A DNA stretch of 64,000 nucleotides from an uncultured Actinomycetes bacterium. GTDB taxonomy: Bacteria > Actinomycetota > Acidimicrobiia > IMCC26256 > PALSA-610. The DNA lies in the NCBI GenBank assembly GCA_963701825.1, contig CAVPBG010000003.1:1072043-1136042 (forward strand). The letters run 5' to 3'. Both the position numbers and the translations under genes were made by a program. The notes under the pieces were generated by a model. It made no database searches. It saw nothing but the letters and a program-made list of their open reading frames with translations, and was not told the DNA's origin. Positions 20,850 to 30,962 of this stretch are shown here, one piece after another (within the stretch, counting starts at the first letter, position 1; every line of letters begins with the position of its first letter).

Positions 20850-21286
20850 GCGGACCCCTCTGTGTCGCCGACCGGACGGAACGCGAACGTCACGACTTCG
20901 TTGCCGTCGTCGTCGGTGCGGAACGGCACCACGACCAACTCCATCTCCATGCCGTGGCGGAGAACGTCGGGATCGGATTCCGTGAGGCGCGCCTCGACCT
21001 TCACCTCGCCCGGCAGTTCGATGTAGCCAACCCCGAACGGCACGAAGTCCTTACCCCGGGGCCCCGAATAGGGCGGCGACGGCGGCGGGAAGCCCTGCGT
21101 CGTCCAGGCCCACAGCCGCCCGCGCCGGGCCAGGAGTTGCTCCTCCATGGCGGTCGACGCGCAGCGCGGGCACGAGTCCTGAGCGGGAAAGGTCACGATC
21201 CCGCACTCCGCACACCGAGTCCCGATCAGTTGGGGCTCGGCGCTCGGCCACGTGAACACGCCTTCGGCCACCGACACGCTTGTCAT
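20846..21286 (-). CDS. DUF35 Zn-ribbon/OB-fold protein
   Basis: CAECG...CPRC; overlaps the thiolase start. Confidence 0.87.
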   Translation of the reverse strand: MTSVSVAEGVFTWPSAEPQLIGTRCAECGIVTFPAQDSCPRCASTAMEEQLLARRGRLWAWTTQGFPPPSPPYSGPRGKDFVPFGVGYIELPGEVKVEARLTESDPDVLRHGMEMELVVVPFRTDDDGNEVVTFAFRPVGDTEGSA

Positions 21287-21323
21287 CAGTTCCTCCACTC
21301 GACTTCCGGGCCGAAACGCCGCA

Positions 21324-22919
21324 TCACTGTGACACCCGCGCCCGGAGCTCGTCCTTCACGACCTTGCCCGTGGCGTTGACCGGCAACGCATCGACGAACT
21401 CCACGAAGCGCGGCGCCTTGAAATTCGCCATCTGCACGCGCGACCACTCGATGATCTCCGCGGGCGCAACTGCGGGACCCGGTTCCAGAACCACGAACGC
21501 CATACCGACCTCACCCAGGCGCGCGTCGGGCACGCCGATCACGGCGGCCTGCGCGATGCGCGGGTGACGGACCAGCAGGTTCTCGATCTCGGCCGGGTAC
21601 GCGTTGAAGCCGCCGACGATGAACATGTCCTTGATGCGGCCGACGATACGGAGATAGCCGTCGGCATCGATCGTGCCGAGGTCGCCGGTGTGCAACCAAC
21701 CGTCGGCGTCGATCGCCGCCGCGGTCGCGTCGGCGTCGTCGAGGTAGCTGCGCATCACCGTCTCGCCCCGCACGATCACTTCGCCGGGCTCGCCGAGCGC
21801 GGCGTCGGCCTCGGTCGCGGTATCCACAGTGCGGACCTCGAAGCCGCGCCACGCGACCCCCACGGTGGTGGCGATGTGTTCGAAGTCGTCGTCGGGCTTG
21901 CTGCCGGTGACGGTGCCGGCTTCGGTCAGGCCGTAGCCCGTGAGGATGCGCTCGAACGGCAGTTCTTGTCGCACGCGCCGGATCAGGTCGACGGGGATGT
22001 CGGCCGCACCCGTGACCGCGAGACGCAGGCTGGCGAGGTCGCGCCGCGTGTGGTCGGGATGATCGAGCAGCGATTGGTAGATCGTGGGCGCGCCGGGGAG
22101 CACCGTGATCTGTTCGCGCTCGACGATGCCGAGCACCACCCCCGCGTCGAAGACCGCGAGCGGGAAGATCGTCGCGCCGCGCATGAGCGCGGCGAGGCAA
22201 CCGGCCTTGTAACCGAAGATGTGGAAGAAGGGGTTCACGATCAGGTAGCGGTCACCGGTGCGCAGGTCGGCCCAGTCGCACCAGTCGAGGTACGCCTGCA
22301 GGGTCTGACCGTGCGTCATCACGACGCCCTTCGGATTACCGGTCGTGCCCGACGTGAACACGACGTCGCTCGGATCGTCGGCACCGAGCATGGCGAGCCG
22401 GGCGTCGATCTCGGCCGCCGGCACGTCGACGGCGCGCGCGACGAACGCATCCCACGAGACGACGGCCCGGTCGGCGTCGGCGGGCCGCAACTCGCCCTGC
22501 AACAACACGATGTGTTCGAGCGCGGGCAACGGCGTGCCCGCGTCGGCCAGCAGCGCGGGATAGTCGGTGTCGAGGAATCCCCGCACCGTGAACAACACGC
22601 GCGCGTTGCTCCGCGCCAGGATGTACGCCGCCTCCGCACCCCGGAAGCGCGTGTTCACCGGGACGAGCACCGCGCCGGCCGTCGTCACGCCGAGCGCGGC
22701 CACGATCCATTCGAGCGAATTCGGCGCCCAGACCGCCACCCGGTCGCCGGTTTGGATGCCGGCTGCGACCAGCGCCCGCGCCGCCTCGGTGACCAGTGCC
22801 GCGAGTTCGGCGAACGAGACGCGTCGCGGGCCGTCCACCACCGCGTCGGTGTCCGCGTAGCGGCGCGCGCCGTCGCGGACCATCGCCGGGATCGTCGACC
22901 AAAGCACCTCGCTGCGCAC
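21324..22919 (-). CDS. Acyl-CoA synthetase (FadD3-like)
   Basis: FTSGTTGNPKG, GYGLTE, HTGD, GGFNAYPAEIE; start approximate. Confidence 0.9.
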   Translation of the reverse strand: MRSEVLWSTIPAMVRDGARRYADTDAVVDGPRRVSFAELAALVTEAARALVAAGIQTGDRVAVWAPNSLEWIVAALGVTTAGAVLVPVNTRFRGAEAAYILARSNARVLFTVRGFLDTDYPALLADAGTPLPALEHIVLLQGELRPADADRAVVSWDAFVARAVDVPAAEIDARLAMLGADDPSDVVFTSGTTGNPKGVVMTHGQTLQAYLDWCDWADLRTGDRYLIVNPFFHIFGYKAGCLAALMRGATIFPLAVFDAGVVLGIVEREQITVLPGAPTIYQSLLDHPDHTRRDLASLRLAVTGAADIPVDLIRRVRQELPFERILTGYGLTEAGTVTGSKPDDDFEHIATTVGVAWRGFEVRTVDTATEADAALGEPGEVIVRGETVMRSYLDDADATAAAIDADGWLHTGDLGTIDADGYLRIVGRIKDMFIVGGFNAYPAEIENLLVRHPRIAQAAVIGVPDARLGEVGMAFVVLEPGPAVAPAEIIEWSRVQMANFKAPRFVEFVDALPVNATGKVVKDELRARVSQ

Positions 22920-22956
22920 CCCGTGAGCCCCCGTGGTGATCCCCCGCGCCTCGAAC

Positions 22957-23015
22957 GAGAACGTCACTAGCCTACGACGAGTAGCCCGGTTGCCACAACC
23001 GGAAACGCCATTTCC
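22957..23015. promoter_or_regulatory. GAGAA-N5-TTCTC-like candidate operators, 44 bp apart
   Basis: gagaacgtcactagc (22957) and ggaaacgccatttcc (23001). Confidence 0.4.
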
Positions 23016-23028
23016 ACCCACCCCACCA

Positions 23029-23079
23029 CGAACCGTCGTGAGTTGGGCCCGAATAGCGGGCCTAAGTCACGACAGTTCG
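23029..23079. repeat. 51-bp palindromic repeat, copy 2
   Basis: cgaaccgtcgtgagtt-gggcccg-aatag-cgggcct-aagtcacgacagttcg. Confidence 0.92.
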
Positions 23080-23089
23080 CAAGTTGGGG

Positions 23090-23920
23090 TTAGACGGGTA
23101 CGTCGCCGGCGAGGCTGATGCGGTGCATCCGGCGGGTGTGGCCGTGGTAGTCGTTCACGGGGTTGTGCATCGCGCAGCGGTTGTCCCAGAGCGCGAGCGA
23201 GCCGGGTTGCCAGCGAAAGCGACACGTGAACTCGGGCCGGACCGAATGCTCGAACAGATACTCCAGCAGCGGCCGGCTCTCGTCCTCGGTCATCCCCGCG
23301 AACCGCGCCGTGTGCGCGACGTTCACGTACAGCGCCTTGCGACCGGTCTCGGGATGCGTGCGCACCACCGGATGTTCGGAGACGTACTCGGTCGCGGCGT
23401 CGTTGTGGCCGTCGTCACGGATCCGGTCTTCGCGGGTCTTCGACACGTCGGCGAGCGCGGAACTGTTGACGGCCCGGAGACCGTCGAGCACGTGCTGGAG
23501 CGCGGGTGAGCACGCTGCGTAGGCCGCGTACATATTCGCGAACAACGTGTCGCCGCCGACCGGGGGAACTTCGCGGGCGACGAGCAGTGTGGCCATCGGC
23601 GGGCGCTCGAGGTACACCGTGTCGCTGTGCCAGATGCCACCGAAGTTCACCGTCTCGTGCGGCAACTTGGCGACCGCGATGATCTCGGAATAGCCCTCGA
23701 TGCCGTTCACGAACGGATACTCGACCGGTTCGCCCAGGCGGCGCGCGAACGCGAGGAACGCATCGGGTTCGAGCGGCTGGTCGCGGAAGAACACCACCAG
23801 GTGCTCCAGCCACGCCCGCCGGATCTCGTGCACGGCGCCGTCGGTGAGGTCGGCGAGGTCGACGCCGCTGATCTCCGCGCCCAACGCACCCGCGATCGGT
23901 TCGACCTTCATCTTCACCAT
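23090..23920 (-). CDS. TauD/TfdA-family 2-oxoglutarate dioxygenase
   Basis: WHSD, GGDTLF, HPVVRTHPETGRK, WDNRCAMH. Confidence 0.92.
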   Translation of the reverse strand: MVKMKVEPIAGALGAEISGVDLADLTDGAVHEIRRAWLEHLVVFFRDQPLEPDAFLAFARRLGEPVEYPFVNGIEGYSEIIAVAKLPHETVNFGGIWHSDTVYLERPPMATLLVAREVPPVGGDTLFANMYAAYAACSPALQHVLDGLRAVNSSALADVSKTREDRIRDDGHNDAATEYVSEHPVVRTHPETGRKALYVNVAHTARFAGMTEDESRPLLEYLFEHSVRPEFTCRFRWQPGSLALWDNRCAMHNPVNDYHGHTRRMHRISLAGDVPV

Positions 23921-23933
23921 GTCGAGCCTTTCG

Positions 23934-25613
23934 TCACGGTTTTTCCGCGCGCAACTCGCGCCGGAGATCGACCTTGCGGACCTTCCCCGACGCGGTGCGC
24001 GGCAGATCGGAGACGACACGGAGCTCTTCGGGCCACTTCTGCCGGGCCAGGCCCGTCTGCGCGAGATGCGCCTTGATCGCGTCGAGATCGATGCCGAGGT
24101 CGGTCGCGGCGGGAGCCAACCGCACGAACGCGCACGCGTGCTCGCCGAGGCGCGCGTCGGGCGCGGCGACGACCGCCACCTCGAGGACCTGGGGCAGCGC
24201 GCCGATCGCGTCCTCGATCTCGGCCGCGGAGAGGTTCTCACCACCACGGATGATCACATCCTTCAGCCGATCGGTGATCGTGAGGAATCCGTCGGCGTCG
24301 ACGACACCCATGTCGCCGCTGCGGTACCAACCGTCGTCACTGTCGAACGCGTCGGCGGTCAGCGCGGCGTCGGTGTAACCGACGCAGAGATCGGGACCCC
24401 GCGACCAGATCTCACCGGCCTCGCCGCGCCCGACATCCGCGCCGTCGGCATCGACGAGACGGATCTCGACGCCGAGCAACGGCCGGCCGTCGGTACCGTG
24501 GCGCTTCGCCGCGGGATCGTCGAACAGGGAGCCGCTCACCGACGGGTGCTCCGTCGACCCGTACGCGCGGACGATCGCGATACCGAGCCCGGCTGCCCGC
24601 TCCCCGAGCGCGACGGGCACGGGCGCGCCACCGAGACCGATGCGGTGCATGCGCTGGGCGTGCTCGGGCGTGAAGTCGGGATGTTCGAGCAGGCTCGCGA
24701 GGAATACCGACGCGCCCGTCCCCGCGCCGATGTCGGCTTCGAGCATCACGTCGAGCACACGCGCCGGATCCCACCGGTCGATCAGATGAATGTTCTGCGC
24801 GAGCTGCATCGGGCTGAGGACCGCGCCCAGCATGCCGGTCGCGTGGGTGACCGGCGATCCCATCAGGTTGGGCGATCCCGGCGTCATCCAGGGCCGCATG
24901 TGCAGCAGCTCGGCGAGCAACGTCCGGTGCGTGTGCATCACGCCCTTCGGATCGCTGGTGGTGCCTGAGGTGTAGGCGAGCACGCACACGTCGTCCGGGT
25001 CGGCCGCGCTTGCACCCGCGGCGGGCGCGGCGACGGGCGCGGCGGCGTCGACCCGATCCCAACCGATGCGCCGCACGCCTCCACTGCCTCGCGCATCGAC
25101 GACCGCGCCGGCGGCGGTGGCCAGCACGACGTGCAGCGCGAGCTCGGGCAACTCGTCGGGCGCGGCCCCGTCGATGATCTCGAGATAGTCGACGTGCCCG
25201 AACCGGTCGGCCGAGATGTAGGCGCGCGCCCCGCTCTGCCCGAGGATGAAGCGCACCTCTTTGTGGCCGTAGATGTGCACGATCGGCGCGAGCACGAAAC
25301 CGCCGAGTGCCAGGCCATAGAACGCGACCACGGCTTCGCGCCAGTTCGGGAGTTGGAACGCGACGACGTCGCCCGGTTGCAGTCCGGCGTCGTTCAGTAC
25401 GCGGACGAGGCGGCGCGCGTCGGCATAGACGTCGGCGTACGTGCCTTGCCACGGCCGCGTCTCCGACCAGATGTTGATCGTGGCGTCGGGCGCGGCACGT
25501 AGCGACCGATCGACCAACCCGCCGAGGGTCTCGTCGGTCCACCAGCCTTCGGCGAGGTAGCGCGCTCGGAGCGCGTCCGGCACGCGCCGGACGGGCCGCC
25601 GTTCGTCGGCCAT
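23934..25613 (-). CDS. AMP-dependent acyl-CoA synthetase (cyclohexanecarboxylate-CoA ligase-like)
   Basis: YTSGTTSDPKG, YGSTE, RSGD, RGGEN, QKWPE. Confidence 0.9.
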   Translation of the reverse strand: MADERRPVRRVPDALRARYLAEGWWTDETLGGLVDRSLRAAPDATINIWSETRPWQGTYADVYADARRLVRVLNDAGLQPGDVVAFQLPNWREAVVAFYGLALGGFVLAPIVHIYGHKEVRFILGQSGARAYISADRFGHVDYLEIIDGAAPDELPELALHVVLATAAGAVVDARGSGGVRRIGWDRVDAAAPVAAPAAGASAADPDDVCVLAYTSGTTSDPKGVMHTHRTLLAELLHMRPWMTPGSPNLMGSPVTHATGMLGAVLSPMQLAQNIHLIDRWDPARVLDVMLEADIGAGTGASVFLASLLEHPDFTPEHAQRMHRIGLGGAPVPVALGERAAGLGIAIVRAYGSTEHPSVSGSLFDDPAAKRHGTDGRPLLGVEIRLVDADGADVGRGEAGEIWSRGPDLCVGYTDAALTADAFDSDDGWYRSGDMGVVDADGFLTITDRLKDVIIRGGENLSAAEIEDAIGALPQVLEVAVVAAPDARLGEHACAFVRLAPAATDLGIDLDAIKAHLAQTGLARQKWPEELRVVSDLPRTASGKVRKVDLRRELRAEKP

Positions 25614-25631
25614 CGGTGTCCCCCTTCGCTT

Positions 25632-25689
25632 GGAAATGACGCTACCAGGATCGGAGAGGCGGTTTGCAGCCAGCGGATACGTGCTTATC
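25632..25689. promoter_or_regulatory. Triple GAGAA-N5-TTCTC-like candidate operators
   Basis: ggaaatgacgctacc (25632), gagaggcggtttgca (25654), ggatacgtgcttatc (25675). Confidence 0.4.
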
Positions 25690-25715
25690 GGTCTCGGCTT
25701 ATCATCGCGGGACCG

Positions 25716-26732
25716 ATGCCGCACGAGCACGAATACCACTTGCTGACGGTCGACGCCGTCGTCGACGAGACCGCCGACACGCGTTCGTTCGTCCTCGCCG
25801 TCCCCGCCGAGCTGGCCGAGGGCTTCGCGTATCGCGCCGGACAGTTCTGCACGTTCCGGGCCGACATCGACGGCGAATCGGTCGTCCGTTCCTACTCGAT
25901 GTCGAGCTCCCCCGACCTCGGCGAACCGCTCACCGTCACCGCCAAGCGGGTGCCCGGCGGCCGCATGTCGAACTGGTTGAACGATCGCGTCGCGCCGGGC
26001 ACGGCGCTCGACGTGATGCGCCCCACCGGTTTCTTCGTGTTGCGCGATACCGACCGGCCGATCATCGCGTTCGCGGGAGGCAGCGGTATCACGCCGGTGA
26101 TCTCGATCGTCAAGTCCGCCCTCGCCACGACCTCACGCGCAATCACGCTCGTATACGCCAACCGTGACGCCGACGCGGTGATCTTCGCCGACACGCTCGC
26201 GCGGCTGGAGCGGGACGCGGACGACCGGCTGTCGGTGCATCATCACCACGACGCGGAACGGGGCTTCCTCGATGCGGCCGCGTGCACCGCGCTCGTAGGT
26301 GAGCGCGCGCACGCCGACTTCTACGTCTGCGGTCCCGCGCCGTACATGGAGGTCGTCGAGGCGGGCCTGACGCGTGCGGGCGCGGCGGCGGAGAACGTGT
26401 TCATCGAACGGTTCGCCACTGCGGACGATTCCGTCGCCGTCGACACCGCTTCGCGGACCGAAGCGCTGACGATCAAGCTCGAGAGGCAGACGCACACGTT
26501 CGCGTACCAAGCCGGCGACACGATCCTGGAGGCCGCGCGCCGGGGCGGACTGAATCCGCCCTTCTCCTGCGAGATGGGCAACTGCGCCACGTGCATGGCC
26601 CACCTCGACCCCGGCACCGCAACGATGCGCAACAACAATGCGCTGACCGCCGACGAGGTGAGTACCGGTTGGGTGCTCACGTGCCAGGCGCTCCCGACGA
26701 GTCGCGAGTTGGTCGTCGACTACGACGCCTAG
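25716..26732 (+). CDS. FAD/NAD reductase with C-terminal 2Fe-2S domain (KshB/PaaE-like)
   Basis: RSYSM, AGGSGITP, CGP, CEMGNCATC...LTC. Confidence 0.92.
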   Translation: MPHEHEYHLLTVDAVVDETADTRSFVLAVPAELAEGFAYRAGQFCTFRADIDGESVVRSYSMSSSPDLGEPLTVTAKRVPGGRMSNWLNDRVAPGTALDVMRPTGFFVLRDTDRPIIAFAGGSGITPVISIVKSALATTSRAITLVYANRDADAVIFADTLARLERDADDRLSVHHHHDAERGFLDAAACTALVGERAHADFYVCGPAPYMEVVEAGLTRAGAAAENVFIERFATADDSVAVDTASRTEALTIKLERQTHTFAYQAGDTILEAARRGGLNPPFSCEMGNCATCMAHLDPGTATMRNNNALTADEVSTGWVLTCQALPTSRELVVDYDA

Positions 26733-26772
26733 CGCGGGTCCGCCGCGTTCGCACCCCGGCCCCTTGCCCCGC

Positions 26773-26809
26773 GGCAACGCTATTCTCGCCGCACGAGAAC
26801 GACGTTGCG
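26773..26809. promoter_or_regulatory. Tandem 15-bp GAGAA-N5-TTCTC-like candidate operators
   Basis: ggcaacgctattctc (26773) and gagaacgacgttgcg (26795), 22-bp period. Confidence 0.55.
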
Positions 26810-26848
26810 GTCTCGTTTCGGGTTCACGACGATCGGCTGGAGGACATT

Positions 26849-27592
26849 GTGGGACGGGTCGCCGTAGTCACCGGCGCAGGCTCGGGCATGGGCCTCGCCA
26901 TCGGGAAAGACCTCGCCGGGCGTGGGCACCGAGTGGCGGTCACCGACCGCGACGGTGCCGCGGTCGAAGCGCTCGCCTCCGAGATCCGCGCCAGCGGTGG
27001 GCAGGCCGTCGGGCTGCAGGTCGACGTTTCCGACCGCGCCGCGATCGATGCCGCGTGGGACGCGGTGCGGGGCGAGTTCGGGCCGATCGAGATCGTCGTC
27101 ACGAGCGCGGGCATCGACGAGTTCCAACCGTTCACCGACATCACGATCGACGCCTGGGACCGCATGCTCGCGGTGAACCTCACCGGCACGTTCCACTGTC
27201 TGCAGGCCGCCGTGCCCGACATGCTCGCCGCGGAGTGGGGCCGAATCGTGACGATCTCGTCGTCGAGCGCGCAATCGGGCGCGTCGCGCATGGCGCACTA
27301 CGTGGCGTCGAAGGGCGGCGTCGTCGGTCTCACCAAAGCGCTCGCGCTCGAGCTCGCGCCGCACGGCATCACCGTGAACTCCATTCCGCCCGGTTTCATC
27401 AACACCGAGATGGCCCAGCGCGCGGAGGCCCGGGGCGACCTGCCGAGCATCGACGCCGTGGCGGCCCGCACTCCGGTGCGCCGGGCCGGCACCCCCGAAG
27501 ACATCGCGGCCGCCTGCGCATTCCTGTGTTCGGAGGACGCGGGCTACATCACCGGCCAGCTGATCGGCGTGAACGGTGGTTGGTACCTGTGA
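26849..27592 (+). CDS. SDR oxidoreductase
   Basis: TGAGSGMG, YVASK; GGAGG RBS. Confidence 0.9.
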   Translation: MGRVAVVTGAGSGMGLAIGKDLAGRGHRVAVTDRDGAAVEALASEIRASGGQAVGLQVDVSDRAAIDAAWDAVRGEFGPIEIVVTSAGIDEFQPFTDITIDAWDRMLAVNLTGTFHCLQAAVPDMLAAEWGRIVTISSSSAQSGASRMAHYVASKGGVVGLTKALALELAPHGITVNSIPPGFINTEMAQRAEARGDLPSIDAVAARTPVRRAGTPEDIAAACAFLCSEDAGYITGQLIGVNGGWYL

Positions 27593-28215
27593 CCGACCGC
27601 GGCGCGAACGGTGACCGCCCGCGGCTCCCGCCGCTGCCCAAGGAACGTTGGGACGCCGACGCCCGCGCCGCGCTGGAAGGCAGCTTCGGCGCCGACGCGG
27701 CGGCGCGTTTCCTCTCCCCCGCCACTGACGCGCCGCCGATACCGAGCGTGCTCGGTGCACTGATGCACCATCCGCAGCTCGCGGCGCCGTGGCTCGCGTA
27801 CAACAACGTCCTGCTCCGCACGCCCGCGCTCGACGCGCGGCACCGCGAGCTGGTTGTGTTACGCGTCGCCTGGCGCACGCGTTCGCCGTACGAATGGGCG
27901 CAGCACGTGCGGATGGCGGCGCGCTCCGACATCACGCCCGAGGAGGTCGCGGCGATCTCGCTCGCGGCCGACGCCGCAGCGTGGACGCCCCTCGAGTCCG
28001 CACTGCTCGCCGCCACCGACGAGCTGCTCGATCATTACCGCGTCGACGACAACACCTGGGCCCGGCTCGCCGAGCATCTCGACGAACGCCAGCTCACCGA
28101 GCTGCTCTTCGTCGTCGGCAGCTACACGTGCCTGGCGATGGTCTTCAACAGCGTGGGCCTCGAGCTCGATCCCGAGCTGCGCGACATCGCCCCGCTGCCT
28201 CCGCCCGAATCCTGA
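27589..28215 (+). CDS. Carboxymuconolactone decarboxylase/AhpD-like protein
   Basis: RHRELVVLRVA...YEWAQH; GTGA overlap with upstream SDR. Confidence 0.85.
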   Translation: MTDRGANGDRPRLPPLPKERWDADARAALEGSFGADAAARFLSPATDAPPIPSVLGALMHHPQLAAPWLAYNNVLLRTPALDARHRELVVLRVAWRTRSPYEWAQHVRMAARSDITPEEVAAISLAADAAAWTPLESALLAATDELLDHYRVDDNTWARLAEHLDERQLTELLFVVGSYTCLAMVFNSVGLELDPELRDIAPLPPPES

Positions 28216-28234
28216 GTGACGCGGGCCCGCAGGA

Positions 28235-28573
28235 TCACACCGCGGGTTCGACCACCGGGTAGAAGTCGGAGGCGCCGCTGTCGGGGACGCGTTGCTGGCG
28301 CCACACCTCGATGGGGAACGACACGTTCACGAGCGCGCAGTACAGCCAGAGCAGGTTCTTGGCGTCGGCGGGCAACGCGTCGAGCGGGAACTGGTCGATG
28401 TATTCGCACGCCGCGTCGAGCCGGGCCGACGCCGCGTCGTAGAACGCCTGCAGCTCGTCCATCGGCAACGCGAGCCGCCGTTGGTAGCGCGCTTTCTCGC
28501 CCGCCAACGCCCATCCCGCGAACGGTTGCAGGTCGCTGAATTCGGCGGGCAACTGCGGAGTGACGTCGCTCAT
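28235..28573 (-). CDS. Small hypothetical protein coupled to the Rieske oxygenase gene
   Basis: MSDVTPQLPAEF...YPVVEPAV, 112 aa; ATGA overlap with Rieske stop. Confidence 0.8.
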   Translation of the reverse strand: MSDVTPQLPAEFSDLQPFAGWALAGEKARYQRRLALPMDELQAFYDAASARLDAACEYIDQFPLDALPADAKNLLWLYCALVNVSFPIEVWRQQRVPDSGASDFYPVVEPAV

Positions 28574-29832
28574 TGCGAGCTCACCTTCTCGTAGTCGTCG
28601 ACATATCCGCGCGCCGTGGTGTGCAACAGGCGCAGCAGGATCTCCTGGTCGTTGAGCGGGAACTCCTGCACCGTGCGCGACTCGAGCATCTCCTGCGTGG
28701 CTTCCAGCGTGTTGCCGTCCTGGAGGCTGTACTCCTTGAACGTGACGACCGCGAGCTCCTGCGCGAGTCGTTCCTTCGCGGTCCGCGGTGGCACGAAATA
28801 ACACGTGCCTTCGAAGACGTGCGTGTTGTAGCTCGTCGGCCAGTAGTGGTACGTGAGGTACCAGTTCGGCGCCCAGATGAGCAGCATGAAGTTGGGGAAG
28901 AACAGGAACGAGTCGATGCCCCATTGCGGTTTGCGCGACGGGTTCACCGCGGGCGGCAGATCGATTTTGATCGGGCGGTCCCACGGCCCGAAAAGCCCGC
29001 TGCGCAAGGCGCGTTCGATTGGCTTCACCATGCTCGGATCCTTGGGCGGCGCCATGCCACCCCACGACGAGACCATGCCGTGCGGTCCGTCGATCTTGTA
29101 CGCGAGCGCCTCGAAACCGAACTCCGCGAGCTTCTGCGCCTGCTCGTTCACCGCCTGGCGTTGGTGCAAAACCGGTGCGTGGTAGAACTCGGTGAACGCG
29201 TCGATGAACAGCTTCCAGTTGCTCCCGATCTCGGCGCGGTACTTGTGCACCTGGGTCATCTCGCCGAACGGGTAACCCTCGAGACCGGCGCCGAGCTCAC
29301 CGAGGTACTCGCGCACCGGTACCGCGTTCTTCGGGTCGAGGTTGACCCAGATGAAGCCTTCCCAGATCTCGCACGCGACGGGAACGAGTCCGTAGTCGGC
29401 CTTGTCGAGATCGAAGAACTCACTCTCCTGTTGTACGAAGTTGAGATCGCCTTCGAGCCCGTAGCGCCACCCGTGGTACTTGCACGTGAACTGCCGGCAC
29501 GTACCGGCGGTCTCCTCTTTCGGGTAGTCCTGCCACACGAGCTTGTTGCCGCGGTGCCGGCAGATGTTCTGGAACGCGCGGTAGTCGTCGTCGCCGGAGC
29601 GCACGATGATCACCGAAGTGCGCGCCGCGTCGAGCTCCTTGGTGAAGTAGCTCCCCTTCTTCGGCAGCTGCTCGACGCGGCCGACGTTCAGCCACGTGCG
29701 CCGGAAGATCGCGTCCCGCTCGAGCTCGTAGTGCTCGGGCGAGATCGAATCCTCGTACGACACCGGCCCGGTACCCAGCTGGGGGTAGTGCTCGGTCCAC
29801 GTACCCGGGCTCGGCTTTTCGAAGTGAGGCAC
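28570..29832 (-). CDS. Rieske oxygenase alpha subunit
   Basis: CRHRG...CKYHGW, NWK...EFYH...LH. Confidence 0.93.
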   Translation of the reverse strand: MPHFEKPSPGTWTEHYPQLGTGPVSYEDSISPEHYELERDAIFRRTWLNVGRVEQLPKKGSYFTKELDAARTSVIIVRSGDDDYRAFQNICRHRGNKLVWQDYPKEETAGTCRQFTCKYHGWRYGLEGDLNFVQQESEFFDLDKADYGLVPVACEIWEGFIWVNLDPKNAVPVREYLGELGAGLEGYPFGEMTQVHKYRAEIGSNWKLFIDAFTEFYHAPVLHQRQAVNEQAQKLAEFGFEALAYKIDGPHGMVSSWGGMAPPKDPSMVKPIERALRSGLFGPWDRPIKIDLPPAVNPSRKPQWGIDSFLFFPNFMLLIWAPNWYLTYHYWPTSYNTHVFEGTCYFVPPRTAKERLAQELAVVTFKEYSLQDGNTLEATQEMLESRTVQEFPLNDQEILLRLLHTTARGYVDDYEKVSSQ

Positions 29833-29899
29833 TGCGGTTCCTTTCGCGGCGGCCGCACCCGGCGAATCGGCGTCGGCCGCAGAGATGCTCGCGACAAAA

Positions 29900-29936
29900 G
29901 ATAACTTACTTTCCACGAAACGGAAAGGCCATTATC
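29900..29936. promoter_or_regulatory. Tandem 15-bp GAGAA-N5-TTCTC-like candidate operators
   Basis: gataacttactttcc (29900) and ggaaaggccattatc (29922), 22-bp period, divergent promoter. Confidence 0.55.
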
Positions 29937-29980
29937 ATGGCGTGCGTACGGCAGCGTCGCCCGAGGACGGAGGTCGCCAG

Positions 29981-30941
29981 GTGCGCATCGGCGTGATGGT
30001 CGGTCCGGAGCGGGGCCGGTACGCGACCAAGGTCGAGCGCCTGCGCGCCGACGTGCGGTGGGCGGAGGAGTCGGGCCTGGCCACGGTCTGGATCCCGCAG
30101 ATCCCCGACGACTTCGACGCGCTGACCGCGGTCGCGGTCGTGGGCCTCGACACCACTCGCATCGAGATCGGCACCGCCGTTGTGCCCGTGCAGACGCGGC
30201 ACCCGATCGCGCTGGCACACCAGGCCCTGTCGGTACAGGCGGTGTGCGAGGGACGGCTCACGCTCGGCCTCGGCGTGTCGCATCACTGGATCATCGACGA
30301 GATGCTCGGCCTCCCCTACGAGCGCCCGGTCCCGACGATGCGCGCGTATCTCGACGTGCTCGATCAGGCGTTGCGCGGTCCTGGTCCGGTCGATGTCGAG
30401 AACGAGTTCTTCCGCATTCACAATCCGCTCGCGGTCACCGACGTCGCCCCGACACCGGTGTTGCTCGCCGCGCTCGGTCCGCGCATGTTGCAGCTCGCGG
30501 GCGAACGGACCGACGGCACGATCCTCTGGATGGCCGACGAACGGGCGATCGGCGCGCACATCGCGCCCACGATCACGCAGGCCGCGACCGCGGCGGGAAG
30601 AGCCGCGCCCCGCATCGTCGCCGGCATTCCCGTGTGCCTGTGCGCCGACGACGAGATCGACGTCGCGGTCGCGCGGTACGAACCGCATCCTCTCCGAAGC
30701 CGAAGTGTCGCCGAACTATCAGCGCCTGCTCGATCAGGGCGACGCGCGCAGTGTCGGCGACATCCTCGCCGCGGGAACCGAAGCGACGATCGAGAAGCGG
30801 TTGCGCGCGTTCGCCGACGCGGGCGTCACCGACGTGTCGTTTCGCGTCGTCCCGATCGGCGAAGGACGCGACGAGCTCATCGCATCCTCGCAGCGGACCC
30901 GGGCGTTCGTGGCCGAGTTGGCGCAAGCCGGCTCCCGGTAG
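29981..30941 (+). CDS. LLM-class (probably F420-dependent) oxidoreductase; frameshift near 30676
   Basis: IEIGTAVVP, LGLGVSH, AALGPRMLQLAGE; C-terminus TNRILSEAEVSPNYQRLL in a shifted frame. Confidence 0.82.
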
Positions 30942-30962
30942 CCCGGTAGAATCGGGCCCACC

